The notes: a model not told the origin generated them from the sequence alone. DNA of 64,000 nucleotides from Candidatus Latescibacterota bacterium (GCA_965203175.1 OZ241867.1:3904001-3968000); one strand, 5' to 3'. Shown: positions 26,514-39,096, counted from the stretch's first letter. Made by a program: numbers and translations.

Positions 26514-26885
26514 TTGCCAACGGTTAGCCAGCTGGTTCGCAAAAGCCGGCAAAAGTCACTAAAAAAGACGGACTCCCCAGCGCTGAGAGGTTGTCCCCAG
26601 CGCCGTGGTGTTTGTACACGAGTCTATACCCAGACGCCAAAGAAGCCCAATTCGGCTCTGCGCAAGATGGCTCGCGTGCGTTTGACTACAGGGATTGAAG
26701 TCACGGCTTACGTACCAGGCGAGGGCCACACGCTGCAGGAACACTCCATCGTCTTGGTGCGAGGGGGCCGGATCAAGGACTGTCCTGGCGTGCGCTACCA
26801 CATCGTGCGCGGCGTTCTCGATGCGACGGGCGTGGCCGACCGCCGCCAGGGTCGCTCCAAGTATGGCACCCGAAGGCCAACTTAA
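26514..26885 (+). CDS. rpsL: 30S ribosomal protein S12
   Basis: [11 protein letters not shown]; TTG start. Confidence 0.98.
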   Translation: MPTVSQLVRKSRQKSLKKTDSPALRGCPQRRGVCTRVYTQTPKKPNSALRKMARVRLTTGIEVTAYVPGEGHTLQEHSIVLVRGGRIKDCPGVRYHIVRGVLDATGVADRRQGRSKYGTRRPT

Positions 26886-26896
26886 GGGTATAAGCA

Positions 26897-27367
26897 ATGT
26901 CGCGGCGTAAAAAAGCAATTAAACGCAAACTGCTGCCAGATCCGAAATTCCACAACGTCTTGGCGGCGAGGTTTGTAAATTCGCTGATGAAGCAAGGCAA
27001 GAAGAGCGTGGCGGAGCGCATATTTTACGACTCGATCGACTTGGTCGTCGAGCGCAGTGGCCAAGACGGGATTGATCTCTTCCAGAAGGCGCTAGAAAAC
27101 GCCAAGCCTATCGTCATGGTCAAATCGCGTCGAGTCGGTGGCCAGACCTATCAGGTGCCGGTCGAAATGCGGCCAGACGAGCGCACGGCGCGTTCGATTC
27201 GCTGGTTGATTCGCTTCGCTCGCGAGCGCTCTGAGCGCACCATGGCTGAGCGGTTGGCCAACGAGTTTATTGCTGCGTCAAGGGGGGAAGGTGGAGCTGT
27301 GCGCATGAAGGAAGAGGTCCACCGCATGGCCGAGGCGAACAAGGCTTTCGCTCATTATAGATTTTAG
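26897..27367 (+). CDS. rpsG: 30S ribosomal protein S7
   Basis: [24 protein letters not shown]. Confidence 0.98.
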   Translation: MSRRKKAIKRKLLPDPKFHNVLAARFVNSLMKQGKKSVAERIFYDSIDLVVERSGQDGIDLFQKALENAKPIVMVKSRRVGGQTYQVPVEMRPDERTARSIRWLIRFARERSERTMAERLANEFIAASRGEGGAVRMKEEVHRMAEANKAFAHYRF

Positions 27368-27383
27368 GGAGTTTTCAGGCGAA

Positions 27384-29462
27384 ATGGCACGACAGTTTAC
27401 ACAACAAGACACGCGAAATATCGGGATTGCGGCTCACATCGACGCTGGCAAGACCACTACGACTGAGCGGATCCTCTACTACACGGGCCGAGTTCACCGC
27501 ATGGGAGAAGTCCACGACGGTACGGCAACGATGGACTGGATGGAGCAAGAGCGCGAGCGCGGCATTACCATCACCTCTGCGGCTACCGCTTGCCAGTGGA
27601 AGGACCACCGCATCAACATTATCGACACGCCCGGCCACGTGGATTTTACCGCCGAGGTCGAGCGTTCGCTGCGCGTTCTTGACGGTGCCATAGGTGTCTT
27701 CTGTGCAGTCGGTGGGGTGGAACCGCAGTCCGAGACCGTTTGGCGCCAAGCCGACAAATACGGGGTTCCACGCATTGCTTTTGTCAACAAGATGGATCGC
27801 AATGGGGCTGATTTTTTTCAAGTCCTTAGCATGCTTCAAGAGCGGTTGAACAGCAATTTCGTGCCCGTCCAGTTGCCTATCGGTGTCGGTGAGACGTTCA
27901 ACGGCTTGATAGACTTAGTAGAGATGAAGGCCATTACCTACGAAGAGGCCAGCCAAGGCGTCAAGTTTTTCGAGGACGAGATCCCCGCAGATTTGCTAGA
28001 GAATGCCTTGCAATACCGCGAAAAGCTGCTTGAGTCGGTGGCTGAATTCGACGATGGGCTACTCGAAAAATTCCTCGAAGGAGAAGAAATTCACCCCGAC
28101 GAAATCCGCGCTGCGCTGCGCCAAGCCACCATCGCGCTAAAGGCCGTGCCCGTAACGTGCGGCAGTGCGTACAAATACAAAGGCGTCCAGCGCTTGCTCG
28201 ACGCGGTGCTGCACTACTTGCCGTCCCCAGCCGACATCGGCGAAGTCAAGGGCATGCTGCCCCATTCCAGCGCGGAGGCGGTGCGTCCCGCCCTCGACGA
28301 TGCGCCTTTTGCCGGGTTGGCCTTTAAAGTTATGACGGACCCCTTTGTCGGGCGCCTCACCTTTGTGCGTGTCTATTCGGGTGTGTTGAGTTCGGGCACT
28401 TACCTCTACAATGTGACTACTGAGCGTCGCGAGCGGACCGCGCGCTTGCTGGAGATGCATGCCAACGATCGCACCGAGTTGCCTCATGCCTATGCCGGCG
28501 ATATAGTCGCTGTGGTCGGCCTCAAAAACACAACTACGGGTGACACGCTGTGCGACGAGCAGCACCCTATCGTCTTGGAAAAGATCGAATTTGCCGAGCC
28601 GGTAGTCCATGTGGCCATTGAGCCAAAGACGCGCGTGGATCAAGAGCAGCTATATATTGCCTTGTCCAAGCTCAGTGAGGAAGATCCGACCTTCCAGATC
28701 AAGCTTGATGATGAGACAGGCCAGACGATCATGTCGGGGATGGGCGAACTGCACCTAGAGATACTCATCGACCGCCTCTTCCGCGAGTTCAAGGTCGAAG
28801 CCAATGTCGGCAAGCCCCAGGTGGCCTACAAAGAAGGCCTGAGCAAGGCCGTCGAGAGCACCGGCCGGTTCGTGCGGCAGACCGGCGGTCGTGGTCAGTA
28901 CGGGCACGTCGAGTTGGAGATCGAGCCGGGCGAGCCGGGTAGTGGATTGGTCTTTGAATCGAAAATCATCGGTGGCAACATTCCCAAGGAATATATCAAT
29001 CCAGTGCGCGAAGGCATCATTGAAGCGATGACCACCGGACCTGTTGCTGGTTACCCGATCGAAGATGTTAAGGTCGTGCTAATAGATGGATCGCACCACG
29101 AGGTCGACTCCTCAGAAGTAGCCTTTAAGGTCGCCGGATCCATGGCATTCAAAGACGGTGCCCTGAAGGCCGCTCCCTATCTCATGGAGCCGATTATGGA
29201 GTTGGAGGTCGTCGTCCCCGGTCAATATTTGGGCGACGTAGTGGGCGATCTCAATTCGCATCGCGGCGAGATACAAGGCATCAATCCCCGTTCCGATGCG
29301 CAAGTCGTCCAGGCCTTCGTGCCGCTGAGCGAGACTTTTGGCTACGCCACTCGCCTGCGTTCGCTAACCCAAGGACGGGCGCTTTTTACCATGCAGTTTT
29401 CCAAATACGAAGCCGTCCCAGGTCACATTACCGAAGAAATAGTCGACAGCACTAGAGGTTAA
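27384..29462 (+). CDS. fusA: Elongation factor G
   Basis: [30 protein letters not shown]. Confidence 0.99.
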   Translation: MARQFTQQDTRNIGIAAHIDAGKTTTTERILYYTGRVHRMGEVHDGTATMDWMEQERERGITITSAATACQWKDHRINIIDTPGHVDFTAEVERSLRVLDGAIGVFCAVGGVEPQSETVWRQADKYGVPRIAFVNKMDRNGADFFQVLSMLQERLNSNFVPVQLPIGVGETFNGLIDLVEMKAITYEEASQGVKFFEDEIPADLLENALQYREKLLESVAEFDDGLLEKFLEGEEIHPDEIRAALRQATIALKAVPVTCGSAYKYKGVQRLLDAVLHYLPSPADIGEVKGMLPHSSAEAVRPALDDAPFAGLAFKVMTDPFVGRLTFVRVYSGVLSSGTYLYNVTTERRERTARLLEMHANDRTELPHAYAGDIVAVVGLKNTTTGDTLCDEQHPIVLEKIEFAEPVVHVAIEPKTRVDQEQLYIALSKLSEEDPTFQIKLDDETGQTIMSGMGELHLEILIDRLFREFKVEANVGKPQVAYKEGLSKAVESTGRFVRQTGGRGQYGHVELEIEPGEPGSGLVFESKIIGGNIPKEYINPVREGIIEAMTTGPVAGYPIEDVKVVLIDGSHHEVDSSEVAFKVAGSMAFKDGALKAAPYLMEPIMELEVVVPGQYLGDVVGDLNSHRGEIQGINPRSDAQVVQAFVPLSETFGYATRLRSLTQGRALFTMQFSKYEAVPGHITEEIVDSTRG

Positions 29463-29507
29463 AGCTGTAACCGCCTGCCCAGAAATACTAAGGAGAGGAT
29501 TAAGGAA

Positions 29508-30698
<1,191 letters not shown>

Positions 30699-30727
30699 GG
30701 ACAGCCGCGTTAGGGAGATGCGAGCCA

Positions 30728-31036
30728 GTGGCAGTTGACAGAATACGCATTCGCCTCAAAGCCTACGACCACATGGCGTTGGACAAGTCTGTGGACGAGA
30801 TCGTCCAGACGGTCAAGCGGAGCGGGGCTCGCATTGCTGGACCAGTGCCGCTGCCGACGGCTCGCACCATATACACGGTGCTGCGATCCCCACATGTGGA
30901 CAAGAAATCGCGCGAGCAGTTCGAAACGCGCATCCACAAGCGGCTCATCGACATTTACGATTCGACGCCGCAAACCGTGGATGCGCTGATGAAGCTCGAT
31001 CTGCCTGCGGGTATCGGCATCGACATAAAGGTTTAA
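30728..31036 (+). CDS. rpsJ: 30S ribosomal protein S10
   Basis: [30 protein letters not shown]. Confidence 0.98.
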   Translation: MAVDRIRIRLKAYDHMALDKSVDEIVQTVKRSGARIAGPVPLPTARTIYTVLRSPHVDKKSREQFETRIHKRLIDIYDSTPQTVDALMKLDLPAGIGIDIKV

Positions 31037-31043
31037 TTCGACC

Positions 31044-31682
31044 ATGGGTGCGCAGGTAGAAGAGCTAAACAGCGAAGGGCAGGCAAACGGCTCAGTGGAA
31101 CTGCCCGAGGATTTGTTCGGCATTGCGGTTTCGGAATACGCCCTCTACCGAGCGGTTGTCGCCCACCAAGCGAATCAGCGGCAGGGGACGGCCTCGGCCA
31201 AGACCCGGTCCGAAATAGCCCGCACGAGTAAGAAGCACCATCGCCAGAAAGGCACGGGTTGGGCACGTCGGGGTTCGCTGCGTTCGCCGTTGGTACGCGG
31301 TGGCGGTGTGGCCTTTGGTCCCCGTCCCCGTTCTTATTCTTCCAAGCTGCCCAAGTCCCTCAAGCGTCTGGCATTCCGTTCGGCTCTCACGCTCAAAGGC
31401 GCGGAGGGGCAGGTCAAGGTCGTTACCGACTTCGACTTTCCTGCTCCCAGCACCCGTTCCTTTCAGCAGGTTATTGAAGCGTGCGGTCTCAAAAGCCAGA
31501 AGGTCCTGTTCGTCACTGCGGAAAGCTCCTCAGTGTTGATCAAATCGAGCCGCAATCTGCCCAAGGTGAAAATTGCCCATCTCGGTTCGCTAGCTACCTA
31601 TGACTTGCTAGCAGCGGATGTGATCTTGTTTACTCGCCAAGCCTTTGACCGGCTTGTAGAAACCCATGGCCAGAAGGGCTGA
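31044..31682 (+). CDS. rplD: 50S ribosomal protein L4
   Basis: RQGTASAKTRSE, RQKGTG.AR.GS, GGGVAFGPRP. Confidence 0.96.
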   Translation: MGAQVEELNSEGQANGSVELPEDLFGIAVSEYALYRAVVAHQANQRQGTASAKTRSEIARTSKKHHRQKGTGWARRGSLRSPLVRGGGVAFGPRPRSYSSKLPKSLKRLAFRSALTLKGAEGQVKVVTDFDFPAPSTRSFQQVIEACGLKSQKVLFVTAESSSVLIKSSRNLPKVKIAHLGSLATYDLLAADVILFTRQAFDRLVETHGQKG

Positions 31683-31686
31683 GAAG

Positions 31687-31971
31687 ATGAACCCGCGAGC
31701 GATTATTCAGGAGCCGGTAATCACCGAAAAAGCCTCAGTGCTGCGCGAGGGCAACAAATACGCTTTTCGCGTCCATCCCAAGGCTAACAAACTCCAGATC
31801 CGCCAGGCAGTAGAATCCATTTTTTCGGTCAAGGTCGAGTCCGTCCGCACCATCAAAGTCCCCAGCAAGCCCAAGCGGCAAGGGATGTACCTAGGGCGGC
31901 GTGCTGGTTGGAAAAAGGCCTATGTGACGCTCCAGGCTGGCGACTCCATTGATTTTGTAGAAAATACCTAG
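31687..31971 (+). CDS. rplW: 50S ribosomal protein L23
   Basis: PVITEKA, ANKLQIRQAVE, WKKAYVTL. Confidence 0.97.
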   Translation: MNPRAIIQEPVITEKASVLREGNKYAFRVHPKANKLQIRQAVESIFSVKVESVRTIKVPSKPKRQGMYLGRRAGWKKAYVTLQAGDSIDFVENT

Positions 31972-31987
31972 CTAAACTGGACCTGAA

Positions 31988-32821
31988 ATGGCAGTCAAGA
32001 AATTTCGTCCCACAACCCCGACGCTGCGCTACAAGACAGTCAACTCCTTTGAGGAGCTAACGCGCAGTAAGCCCGAGAAGTCTTTGCTCGCAGCTGCCGT
32101 TGGCAAATCGGGCGGGCGCAACAATCAGGGCCGCATGACCATGCGTCGGCGCGGTGGGGGGCACAAGAGGCGCTACCGCGTCATCGACTTTAAGCGCACC
32201 AAGCTCGGTGTGCCGGGTCGGGTTACCGCGATCGAATACGATCCCAACCGCTCGGCATTTATTGCTCTTGTCGTCTATGCCGATGGAGACAAGCGCTACA
32301 TTCTCGCGCCTTTGGGGTTGAAGATCGGAGCCCACGTCATCGCCGGTCCCAATGCCCCCATCCAAGTCGGGAATGCCTTGCCGTTAGCCAATATTCCCTT
32401 GGGGGCGACGATTCACAACGTCGAGCTCAATCCCGGTCGCGGTGGGCAGTTAGCGCGCAGCGCGGGCGCTGAAGTGCAGCTTCTTGGCCGCGACGGCGGG
32501 CGGGCGCAGTTGCGGCTGCCTTCCGGGGAGAATCGCGAAGTGCTGGTCCAGTGCATGGCGACCTTGGGGCAAGTGGGAAATATAGAACACGCCAATATCG
32601 TCATTGGCAAGGCCGGTCGCTCTCGTTGGTTAGGGCGAAGACCCAAGGTGCGGGGCGTAGTTATGAATCCGGTGGATCACCCGCATGGGGGCGGCGAAGG
32701 CCGATCTTCAGGCGGACGGCACCCAGTCACCCCTTGGGGCAAGCCCACCAAAGGGTACAAGACGCGCAGGCGCAAAAACCGAAGCAATCAGTGGATCATA
32801 CGCCGGCGCAACGTGAAGTAG
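31988..32821 (+). CDS. rplB: 50S ribosomal protein L2
   Basis: [13 protein letters not shown]. Confidence 0.99.
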   Translation: MAVKKFRPTTPTLRYKTVNSFEELTRSKPEKSLLAAAVGKSGGRNNQGRMTMRRRGGGHKRRYRVIDFKRTKLGVPGRVTAIEYDPNRSAFIALVVYADGDKRYILAPLGLKIGAHVIAGPNAPIQVGNALPLANIPLGATIHNVELNPGRGGQLARSAGAEVQLLGRDGGRAQLRLPSGENREVLVQCMATLGQVGNIEHANIVIGKAGRSRWLGRRPKVRGVVMNPVDHPHGGGEGRSSGGRHPVTPWGKPTKGYKTRRRKNRSNQWIIRRRNVK

Positions 32822-32830
32822 CGAGGGATT

Positions 32831-33118
32831 ATGGCAAGGTCGATCAAAAAAGGCCCTTTTATCGACGGGCATTTAGCAAAAAAGGTCGAGCACCTCAATC
32901 GCACGGGCGATAAGCAGGTCGTACGGACTTGGTCGCGGCGTTCAACCATTACACCCGACTTCGTCGGCCATACGCTAGCCGTTTACAACGGCAATAAGTT
33001 CATTCCGGTGTACATCTCAGAGAACATGGTCGGGCACAAGCTCGGCGAGTTTGCTCCGACCCGCACTTTTCGCGGTCACGGAGGCCGGTTGACCGAACGC
33101 GGCACGAGGATTCAATAG
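32831..33118 (+). CDS. rpsS: 30S ribosomal protein S19
   Basis: [23 protein letters not shown]. Confidence 0.98.
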   Translation: MARSIKKGPFIDGHLAKKVEHLNRTGDKQVVRTWSRRSTITPDFVGHTLAVYNGNKFIPVYISENMVGHKLGEFAPTRTFRGHGGRLTERGTRIQ

Positions 33119-33119
33119 C

Positions 33120-33467
33120 ATGGAAGCCCAAGCTGTCCTCAAACAGATTGGCGTCCCGACCACTAAGGTGCGCCAACTCATCGATCTGATTCGCGGCAAG
33201 CCAGTCGCCGAGGCCCTTACCATTCTTCGGTTTTCTCCTCGCCCAGTGGCCAAGCTGGTCGAAAAGACTCTGCGTTCGGCTATATCCAATGGAGTAAATC
33301 AAGACGAAGAAAATCCGGTTGACGCCGATGATCTCTACGTAACTCGCGTCTTCGCCGACGAAGGACGCGATCTCAAGCGCATTCGTCCGCGGGCTCGCGG
33401 CTCGGCTGATCGCATTCGCAAGCGCCACTGCAATCTTACGGTCGTCGTCAGCGACGAGGTCAACTAA
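33120..33467 (+). CDS. rplV: 50S ribosomal protein L22
   Basis: LKRIRPRARG; synteny. Confidence 0.97.
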   Translation: MEAQAVLKQIGVPTTKVRQLIDLIRGKPVAEALTILRFSPRPVAKLVEKTLRSAISNGVNQDEENPVDADDLYVTRVFADEGRDLKRIRPRARGSADRIRKRHCNLTVVVSDEVN

Positions 33468-33477
33468 GGGGGACACC

Positions 33478-34134
33478 TTGGGCCAGAAAACACATCCATA
33501 CGGCTTCCGTCTCGGGGTCATCAAGCCTTGGCGTTCAAATTGGTTCGCCGAAAAGGATTTTTCCGAGTTGCTCAAGGAAGACCTCATGCTGCGGCGCTAC
33601 GTGCGCCAGCGCCTACAGCGAGCTGGCGTGTCCCAGATCAACATTGAGCGCCAGCCCAAGCGGGTTACCGTTGAAGTGCATACTGCCCGTCCTGGTATTG
33701 CCATTGGTCGCCGGGGGGCCGAAGTCGATAAGATTCGCGACGAGCTCAAGGCACTGACCAGCAAGGATGTCTCGCTCAATATCCAAGAGATCAAAAAGCC
33801 CGAACTGGATGCTCAGTTAGTAGCCGACAATCTCGCCCGCCAGCTAGAGCAGCGCGTTTCTTTCCGCCGGGCCATGAAGAAATCCGTCGCCTCGTCGATG
33901 CGCATGGGGGCCGAGGGTATCCGCATCGTCTGTTCCGGGCGCATCGGTGGTTCGGAGATGGGGCGGCGTGAGCGGTCTGAGCCAGCCGGTCGGGTTCCCT
34001 TGCACACGCTGCGCGCCGATATCGACTATGCCATGGCGACAGCGTACACCGTATCGGGGACTGTGGGCGTAAAAGTTTGGATTTGCCACGGCGAAGTCGT
34101 GGCTGAAGAAGAAGGGGCCGCGCGGGCGGTCTAA
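33478..34134 (+). CDS. rpsC: 30S ribosomal protein S3
   Basis: MGQKTHPYGFRLG, GRVPLHTLRADIDY; TTG start. Confidence 0.98.
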   Translation: MGQKTHPYGFRLGVIKPWRSNWFAEKDFSELLKEDLMLRRYVRQRLQRAGVSQINIERQPKRVTVEVHTARPGIAIGRRGAEVDKIRDELKALTSKDVSLNIQEIKKPELDAQLVADNLARQLEQRVSFRRAMKKSVASSMRMGAEGIRIVCSGRIGGSEMGRRERSEPAGRVPLHTLRADIDYAMATAYTVSGTVGVKVWICHGEVVAEEEGAARAV

Positions 34135-34152
34135 TTACAGCGAGGCACTCTC

Positions 34153-34560
34153 ATGTTGATGCCCAAGAAGTCCAAGTGGAGGAAGCAGGCGCGAGGCCGC
34201 ATGCGCGGCCAGACCAAAGGCGGGGACATGGTCTCCTTCGGCGAATATGGCCTCAAAGCCCTCGAGCCTTGTTGGGTTACCAGCCGTCAGATCGAAGCTA
34301 TGCGCGTGACAATTAGTCGGGCGATGAGCCGCACAGGTAAGATGTGGATCCGCATTTTTCCCGACAAACCAATCACCAAGAAACCGGCCGAAACTCGCAT
34401 GGGCAAAGGCAAGGGGCCGCCCGAGGGATGGGTTGCGGTGGTCAAACCCGGGCGGGTGATGGTCGAGCTTTCCGGGGTGCCCGAAGACATGGCCCGCGAG
34501 GCATTCCGCCGCGCTGGTCACAAACTGCCCATCAAGACCAAAGTCGTCAAACGAGTTTGA
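34153..34560 (+). CDS. rplP: 50S ribosomal protein L16
   Basis: ETRMGKGKG. Confidence 0.98.
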   Translation: MLMPKKSKWRKQARGRMRGQTKGGDMVSFGEYGLKALEPCWVTSRQIEAMRVTISRAMSRTGKMWIRIFPDKPITKKPAETRMGKGKGPPEGWVAVVKPGRVMVELSGVPEDMAREAFRRAGHKLPIKTKVVKRV

Positions 34561-34564
34561 AGTT

Positions 34565-34780
34565 ATGAAGGTCAGCGAATTGCGCGAGATGAGTTCAGAG
34601 GAAGTGCAAAACAGGTTGGAAGAACTGCACGAGGAATTCTTCAACCTGCGTTTTCAGCACGTAGCCGGCCAGTTGACCAGTCCCATTCGCTTGCGGCAGG
34701 TGCGGCGCGATATTGCCAAAGCGCACACGGTGCTCAAAGAGCACTCCCTTGGGATTCGTCCCCTAGCCGGTGGGAAGTAG
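34565..34780 (+). CDS. rpmC: 50S ribosomal protein L29
   Basis: EFFNLRFQ, VRRDIAK. Confidence 0.96.
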   Translation: MKVSELREMSSEEVQNRLEELHEEFFNLRFQHVAGQLTSPIRLRQVRRDIAKAHTVLKEHSLGIRPLAGGK

Positions 34781-34788
34781 GGAGGGAA

Positions 34789-35046
34789 ATGGCTAAACAA
34801 AAGACAGGCCGGCGTCAGGCCGAAGGCCGAGTGCTCAAGGCCAGCAATATCAAGACGCGTATCGTGGCGGTTGAACAGCGTATTCCGCATGCCCTGTACG
34901 GCCGGATCATCCGCCGCACCGCCAAGTTCGTCGCCCACGACGAGCGGGAAGAGTCGCAGGTTGGCGATTTGGTGCGCATTGAGGAGTGCCGGCCTATGAG
35001 CAAGACTAAGCGTTGGCGGCTCGTTGACGTATTAGAGCGGCAGTAA
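34789..35046 (+). CDS. rpsQ: 30S ribosomal protein S17
   Basis: AHDE...GDLVRIEECRPMSKTKRW. Confidence 0.97.
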   Translation: MAKQKTGRRQAEGRVLKASNIKTRIVAVEQRIPHALYGRIIRRTAKFVAHDEREESQVGDLVRIEECRPMSKTKRWRLVDVLERQ

Positions 35047-35073
35047 ATAAAATTTAGGCTTGTTAGGAACGAA

Positions 35074-35442
35074 ATGATTCGGGAATACAGCGTAGTCAAA
35101 ATGGCGGATAATGCCGGGGCCCGCACGGGCCGTTGCATTCGCGTCCTCGGCGGCTCCCGCAAGCGCTATGCCAGCATTGGCGATATGATTGTAGTTGCTG
35201 TCCACGGCGTAGCACCGAATGGGGCCTTAGAGGAGGGGCAAGTCGTCAAGGCCGTAGTCGTGCGGACCAAGAAGGAATACCGCCGTCCCGATGGCTCTTA
35301 TATCCGCTTTGACGACAATGCCGCCGTATTGGTCAACGACGACAAAGAGCCAACAGGTACTCGCATCTTCGGGCCTGTAGCCCGCGAGCTGCGCGAAAAG
35401 CAATACATGCGCATTGTCTCGCTGGCACCCGAGGTAGTCTGA
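35074..35442 (+). CDS. rplN: 50S ribosomal protein L14
   Basis: [21 protein letters not shown]. Confidence 0.98.
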   Translation: MIREYSVVKMADNAGARTGRCIRVLGGSRKRYASIGDMIVVAVHGVAPNGALEEGQVVKAVVVRTKKEYRRPDGSYIRFDDNAAVLVNDDKEPTGTRIFGPVARELREKQYMRIVSLAPEVV

Positions 35443-35453
35443 GGAAGAGCCCA

Positions 35454-35771
35454 ATGGACATTCGCAAAGACGATACAGTACAGGTTATAAGCGGCAACGA
35501 TAAAGGCCGGCGCTCGACCGTACTCAGCGTGTTTAAAGATCGGGGGCGAATCATCGTCGAAGGCGTGAATATGCGCAAGCATCACACCCGTCCCACATCG
35601 CGCGATCCCCAAGGTGGTATCGTCGAACGCGAGGCTCCGATCCACGTTTCCAATGTCATGATCGTTTGCCCCAAGACCGACCAACCGACGCGCATTAGTC
35701 ACAGGAAGTTGGACAACGGTAAATACGTGCGCGTCTCTGTCCGCAGCGGCGAAATGATCGACCCGGAATAA
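35454..35771 (+). CDS. rplX: 50S ribosomal protein L24
   Basis: VISGNDKG, EAPIHVSNV. Confidence 0.97.
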   Translation: MDIRKDDTVQVISGNDKGRRSTVLSVFKDRGRIIVEGVNMRKHHTRPTSRDPQGGIVEREAPIHVSNVMIVCPKTDQPTRISHRKLDNGKYVRVSVRSGEMIDPE

Positions 35772-35774
35772 GCC

Positions 35775-36320
35775 ATGTACGAAGCCAGACTAAAAAAACA
35801 GTACAGAGAAGAGGCGCTGCCTCAACTCAAGACCCGATTCGCCTTTAAAAACGACATGCAGGTGCCGCGCTTGCAGAAGGTAGTCGTCAACATGGGCGTT
35901 GGCGATGCGGTACAGGAGCCCAAGGTGCTCGAAGGAGCTGTATCCGAATTGACGGCGATTACCGGTCAAAAGCCCGCCATCCGCCACGCCAAGAAGGCGA
36001 TCTCAAACTTCAAGTTGCGCGTCGGCATTCCCATCGGCTGCATGGTCACCTTGCGGGGTACCCGCATGTACGAGTTTCTCGACCGCTTGATCAGTTTCGC
36101 CTTGCCGCAGGTTCGAGATTTCCGCGGTGTTTCTCCCAAGAGCTTCGACGGACGTGGCAACTACAATTTGGGCATCAAGGAACAGATCATATTTCCCGAG
36201 ATCAACTACGATATGATCAACCAAGTTCGGGGCATGAATATTACCATTGTCACCTCGGCCAAAAGCGACGAGGAAGGCCAAGAGTTACTCCGATTGTTGG
36301 GCATGCCCTTCAGTCAATAG
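35775..36320 (+). CDS. rplE: 50S ribosomal protein L5
   Basis: [16 protein letters not shown]. Confidence 0.98.
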   Translation: MYEARLKKQYREEALPQLKTRFAFKNDMQVPRLQKVVVNMGVGDAVQEPKVLEGAVSELTAITGQKPAIRHAKKAISNFKLRVGIPIGCMVTLRGTRMYEFLDRLISFALPQVRDFRGVSPKSFDGRGNYNLGIKEQIIFPEINYDMINQVRGMNITIVTSAKSDEEGQELLRLLGMPFSQ

Positions 36321-36339
36321 AGCTAGAAAGAATTTGCTA

Positions 36340-36525
36340 ATGCCAAAGAAATGCCTGATAGCCAAAGCGCAGCGCAAACCCAAGTTTTCCACGCGAGCCT
36401 ATACCCGCTGCCACCGCTGTGGGCGCCCGCGTGCAGTATATCGCAAGTTTGGCCTGTGTCGCATCTGTTTTCGCGAGTTGGCCCTCAAGGGGGAGATTCC
36501 GGGCGTTAGCAAGGCGAGCTGGTAG
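36340..36525 (+). CDS. rpsN: 30S ribosomal protein S14, type Z (Zn-binding)
   Basis: 61 aa, RCHRCGRPR...LCRICFRE. Confidence 0.97.
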   Translation: MPKKCLIAKAQRKPKFSTRAYTRCHRCGRPRAVYRKFGLCRICFRELALKGEIPGVSKASW

Positions 36526-36543
36526 CGAGCTGGAGAAATCAAT

Positions 36544-36942
36544 ATGAGCATGACGGATCCCATAGCAGACATGTTGACCCGCATTCGCAACGCCTGTAGC
36601 GCCAAGCATTCGCGAGTTGACGTGCCCGCCTCTAAGCTAAAGCGAGAAGTGGCCCGCGTATTGGCCGAGTCTCGTTTTATCGACAACTTTGCCTTTATTG
36701 AAGATGGCAAGCAGGGCATTTTGCGGCTCTATCTGCGTTACGATCAGAATGACAATAGCATCATCCGCGGACTAGAGCGCGCTAGTAAGCCCGGGTTGCG
36801 TCAATATGCGGGCAAAGCTGATATCCCGCGCGTGCTCCGCGGGCTGGGTATCGCCATCGTCTCCACCTCTAAGGGAGTGATGACGGATAAAGAAGCGAGG
36901 ATGAACGGCGTAGGCGGCGAGATCCTCTGTAGCGTCTGGTAA
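36544..36942 (+). CDS. rpsH: 30S ribosomal protein S8
   Basis: [21 protein letters not shown]. Confidence 0.98.
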   Translation: MSMTDPIADMLTRIRNACSAKHSRVDVPASKLKREVARVLAESRFIDNFAFIEDGKQGILRLYLRYDQNDNSIIRGLERASKPGLRQYAGKADIPRVLRGLGIAIVSTSKGVMTDKEARMNGVGGEILCSVW

Positions 36943-36967
36943 ATAAAGCCACTGGGAGAATGTTAGA

Positions 36968-37525
36968 TTGTCGCGCATAGGCAGCATACCCCTTCCCCTA
37001 CCGCAGGGCGTCGAAGTCGTATTGGCTCCAGCTGAGGTCTCCGTAAAAGGGCCAAAGGGCCAATTACAGGTGCCGTTTGTCGTCGAGCACCTAGCGGTGT
37101 CTCAGCAGGATAGCGCTTTGACTGTGACGCGTAAAGGCGAGAGCAAACAGGCCCGCTCTCTGCACGGATTGACTCGCACCTTGATCGCCAATGCGATCGA
37201 GGGAGTTTCTGAGGGTTTTTTTAAGAACTTGGATCTATTCGGCGTAGGGTACCGGGCGGAGGTTAAAGGCAGACAACTCGTGCTCCACGTAGGCTATTCG
37301 CACCCGGTGATCTACGAGGTGCCCAAGAGTATCCAAGTTGAAGTGTCCGAAGGCACTGGAGGAGCACAAGCCCGCATCGTCGTTCGGGGCATTGACAAGC
37401 AGTTGGTGGGTCAGGTGGCCGCCGATATTCGCTTCAAGCGCCGCCCAGAGCCCTACAAGGGCAAGGGGATCCGCTATGAGAACGAGACTATTCACTGGAA
37501 ACAGGGCAAGGCGGCAGTAGCCTAA
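36968..37525 (+). CDS. rplF: 50S ribosomal protein L6
   Basis: [16 protein letters not shown]; TTG start. Confidence 0.98.
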   Translation: MSRIGSIPLPLPQGVEVVLAPAEVSVKGPKGQLQVPFVVEHLAVSQQDSALTVTRKGESKQARSLHGLTRTLIANAIEGVSEGFFKNLDLFGVGYRAEVKGRQLVLHVGYSHPVIYEVPKSIQVEVSEGTGGAQARIVVRGIDKQLVGQVAADIRFKRRPEPYKGKGIRYENETIHWKQGKAAVA

Positions 37526-37899
37526 TGAAAGACAAAAAACACCTAGTCGAGAACCGCCAGCGCCGGCAGCGCCGGCGCCACCGACTGCGCAAGATCGTCT
37601 CTGGTACGTCCGCGCGCCCGCGCATGGTGGTGCATCGTTCCCTGCGCCATATTGAGGTGCAGCTCGTTGACGACGTGGCAGGTCATTCTCTTTTAGGGCT
37701 TTCCACTCAATCTCAGGAGCTAAGGGAACGGCAGTTTGACAATCGCGTGGCACAAGGGCACGAGGTTGGCAAAATGGTCGCTGCTAAGGCGCGCGAAAAA
37801 GGCATTGAGCAGGTCGTCTTTGACCGCGGTGGATTCCTCTATCACGGGGTGATCAAAGCCGTGGCCGACGGAGCGCGGGAAGCCGGCTTGAATTTCTAA
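37525..37899 (+). CDS. rplR: 50S ribosomal protein L18
   Basis: [12 protein letters not shown]. Confidence 0.98.
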   Translation: MKDKKHLVENRQRRQRRRHRLRKIVSGTSARPRMVVHRSLRHIEVQLVDDVAGHSLLGLSTQSQELRERQFDNRVAQGHEVGKMVAAKAREKGIEQVVFDRGGFLYHGVIKAVADGAREAGLNF

Positions 37900-37910
37900 G
37901 GGAGAACGGC

Positions 37911-38444
37911 GTGGCGAAAGCAGATACTAGCAGAGCGAAATCCGATTCCAGCGATGGAGAGTTGAGCGAAGTTGTCGTTCAAAACAGCATCAAGCGAGTT
38001 TCGCACGTGCGCAAGGGAGGGCGGCGCTTCAGCTTTAGCGCGATGGTTGTAGTTGGCGACCGCAATGGCCGAGTGGGGTTTGGTGCTGGCAAAGCCGGCG
38101 AGATTGCCGAGGCCATCCGCAAGGGTGCCGAGGCGGCGAAAAAGAACGTCGTCGAGGTCCCAGTGACTGATGGGACCATACCGCATGAGATCGTCGGGGT
38201 TTTTGGCGCAGCCAAGGTACTTTTTAAGCCAGCTACCCCGGGAACCGGGATCATCGCCAGCGGCGGCACCCGCATCGTACTGGAGCTAGCCGGCGTTCAC
38301 GATATTCTGACCAAATCCCTCGGATCCAACAACGTGCAGAATTCAGTGAAGGCGACCGTCAAAGCACTGGCGCAACTGCGCAGTGCCGAGATGATCGCTC
38401 GGGAGCGCGGCGTGCCGGTGGAATCGCTTCGCGCTTGGGATTAA
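37911..38444 (+). CDS. rpsE: 30S ribosomal protein S5
   Basis: [23 protein letters not shown]. Confidence 0.98.
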   Translation: MAKADTSRAKSDSSDGELSEVVVQNSIKRVSHVRKGGRRFSFSAMVVVGDRNGRVGFGAGKAGEIAEAIRKGAEAAKKNVVEVPVTDGTIPHEIVGVFGAAKVLFKPATPGTGIIASGGTRIVLELAGVHDILTKSLGSNNVQNSVKATVKALAQLRSAEMIARERGVPVESLRAWD

Positions 38445-38450
38445 CAGCCA

Positions 38451-38633
38451 ATGAAACTAGTCATCACACAGCGGCGCAGTGCCATCGGACGCGCCAGAGG
38501 TCAAAAGGCGACGATTGAGGCTTTGGGAATCAAGCGCCTGTATCAACAGGTCGTACACGACGACACGCCCCAGATCCGGGGTATGATCGCCAAAGTCAAG
38601 CATCTGGTCGCAGTCGAAGAAGCAGAACAGTAA
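38451..38633 (+). CDS. rpmD: 50S ribosomal protein L30
   Basis: RSAIGR...IRGMIAKVKHLV. Confidence 0.96.
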   Translation: MKLVITQRRSAIGRARGQKATIEALGIKRLYQQVVHDDTPQIRGMIAKVKHLVAVEEAEQ

Positions 38634-38646
38634 GCGAGAGTGTGCC

Positions 38647-39096
38647 ATGCGTCTAGAAAACATAAAATGCCCTCCGGGGTCTAAGCGGAACCGCAAGCGG
38701 CTGGGACAAGGGCCAGGTTCGGGGACGGGTAAGACCGCGGGCAAAGGCCACAAAGGTCAGCGGGCTAGGTCCGGTGCTAGACGCGGTAATCGCGTTGGGT
38801 TTACTGGCGGTTCGCTGCCGCTGTTTCGCCACATTCCCAAAGTGGGTTTTTCCAACCACAAATTCAAAACGGTCTATCAGGTCGTCAATCTGCGCGATCT
38901 CGAAGAGAGGGGACTCAGCGGGGAAGTTGGGCCAGAGGAAATGGCTGCTGCCGGCTTGATCGCCAAGCCATCAGGGCTGCTGAAGGTCCTAGGCGAAGGA
39001 GAACTGAGTCAGCCCTTGACGGTCAAGGCGCACAAATTTTCCGCTGCGGCAGCAGAGAAAATTGTCAAAGCGGGTGGCCAGGTCGAGGTGATTTGA
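38647..39096 (+). CDS. rplO: 50S ribosomal protein L15
   Basis: GSGTGKTAGKGHKGQRARSG. Confidence 0.98.
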   Translation: MRLENIKCPPGSKRNRKRLGQGPGSGTGKTAGKGHKGQRARSGARRGNRVGFTGGSLPLFRHIPKVGFSNHKFKTVYQVVNLRDLEERGLSGEVGPEEMAAAGLIAKPSGLLKVLGEGELSQPLTVKAHKFSAAAAEKIVKAGGQVEVI

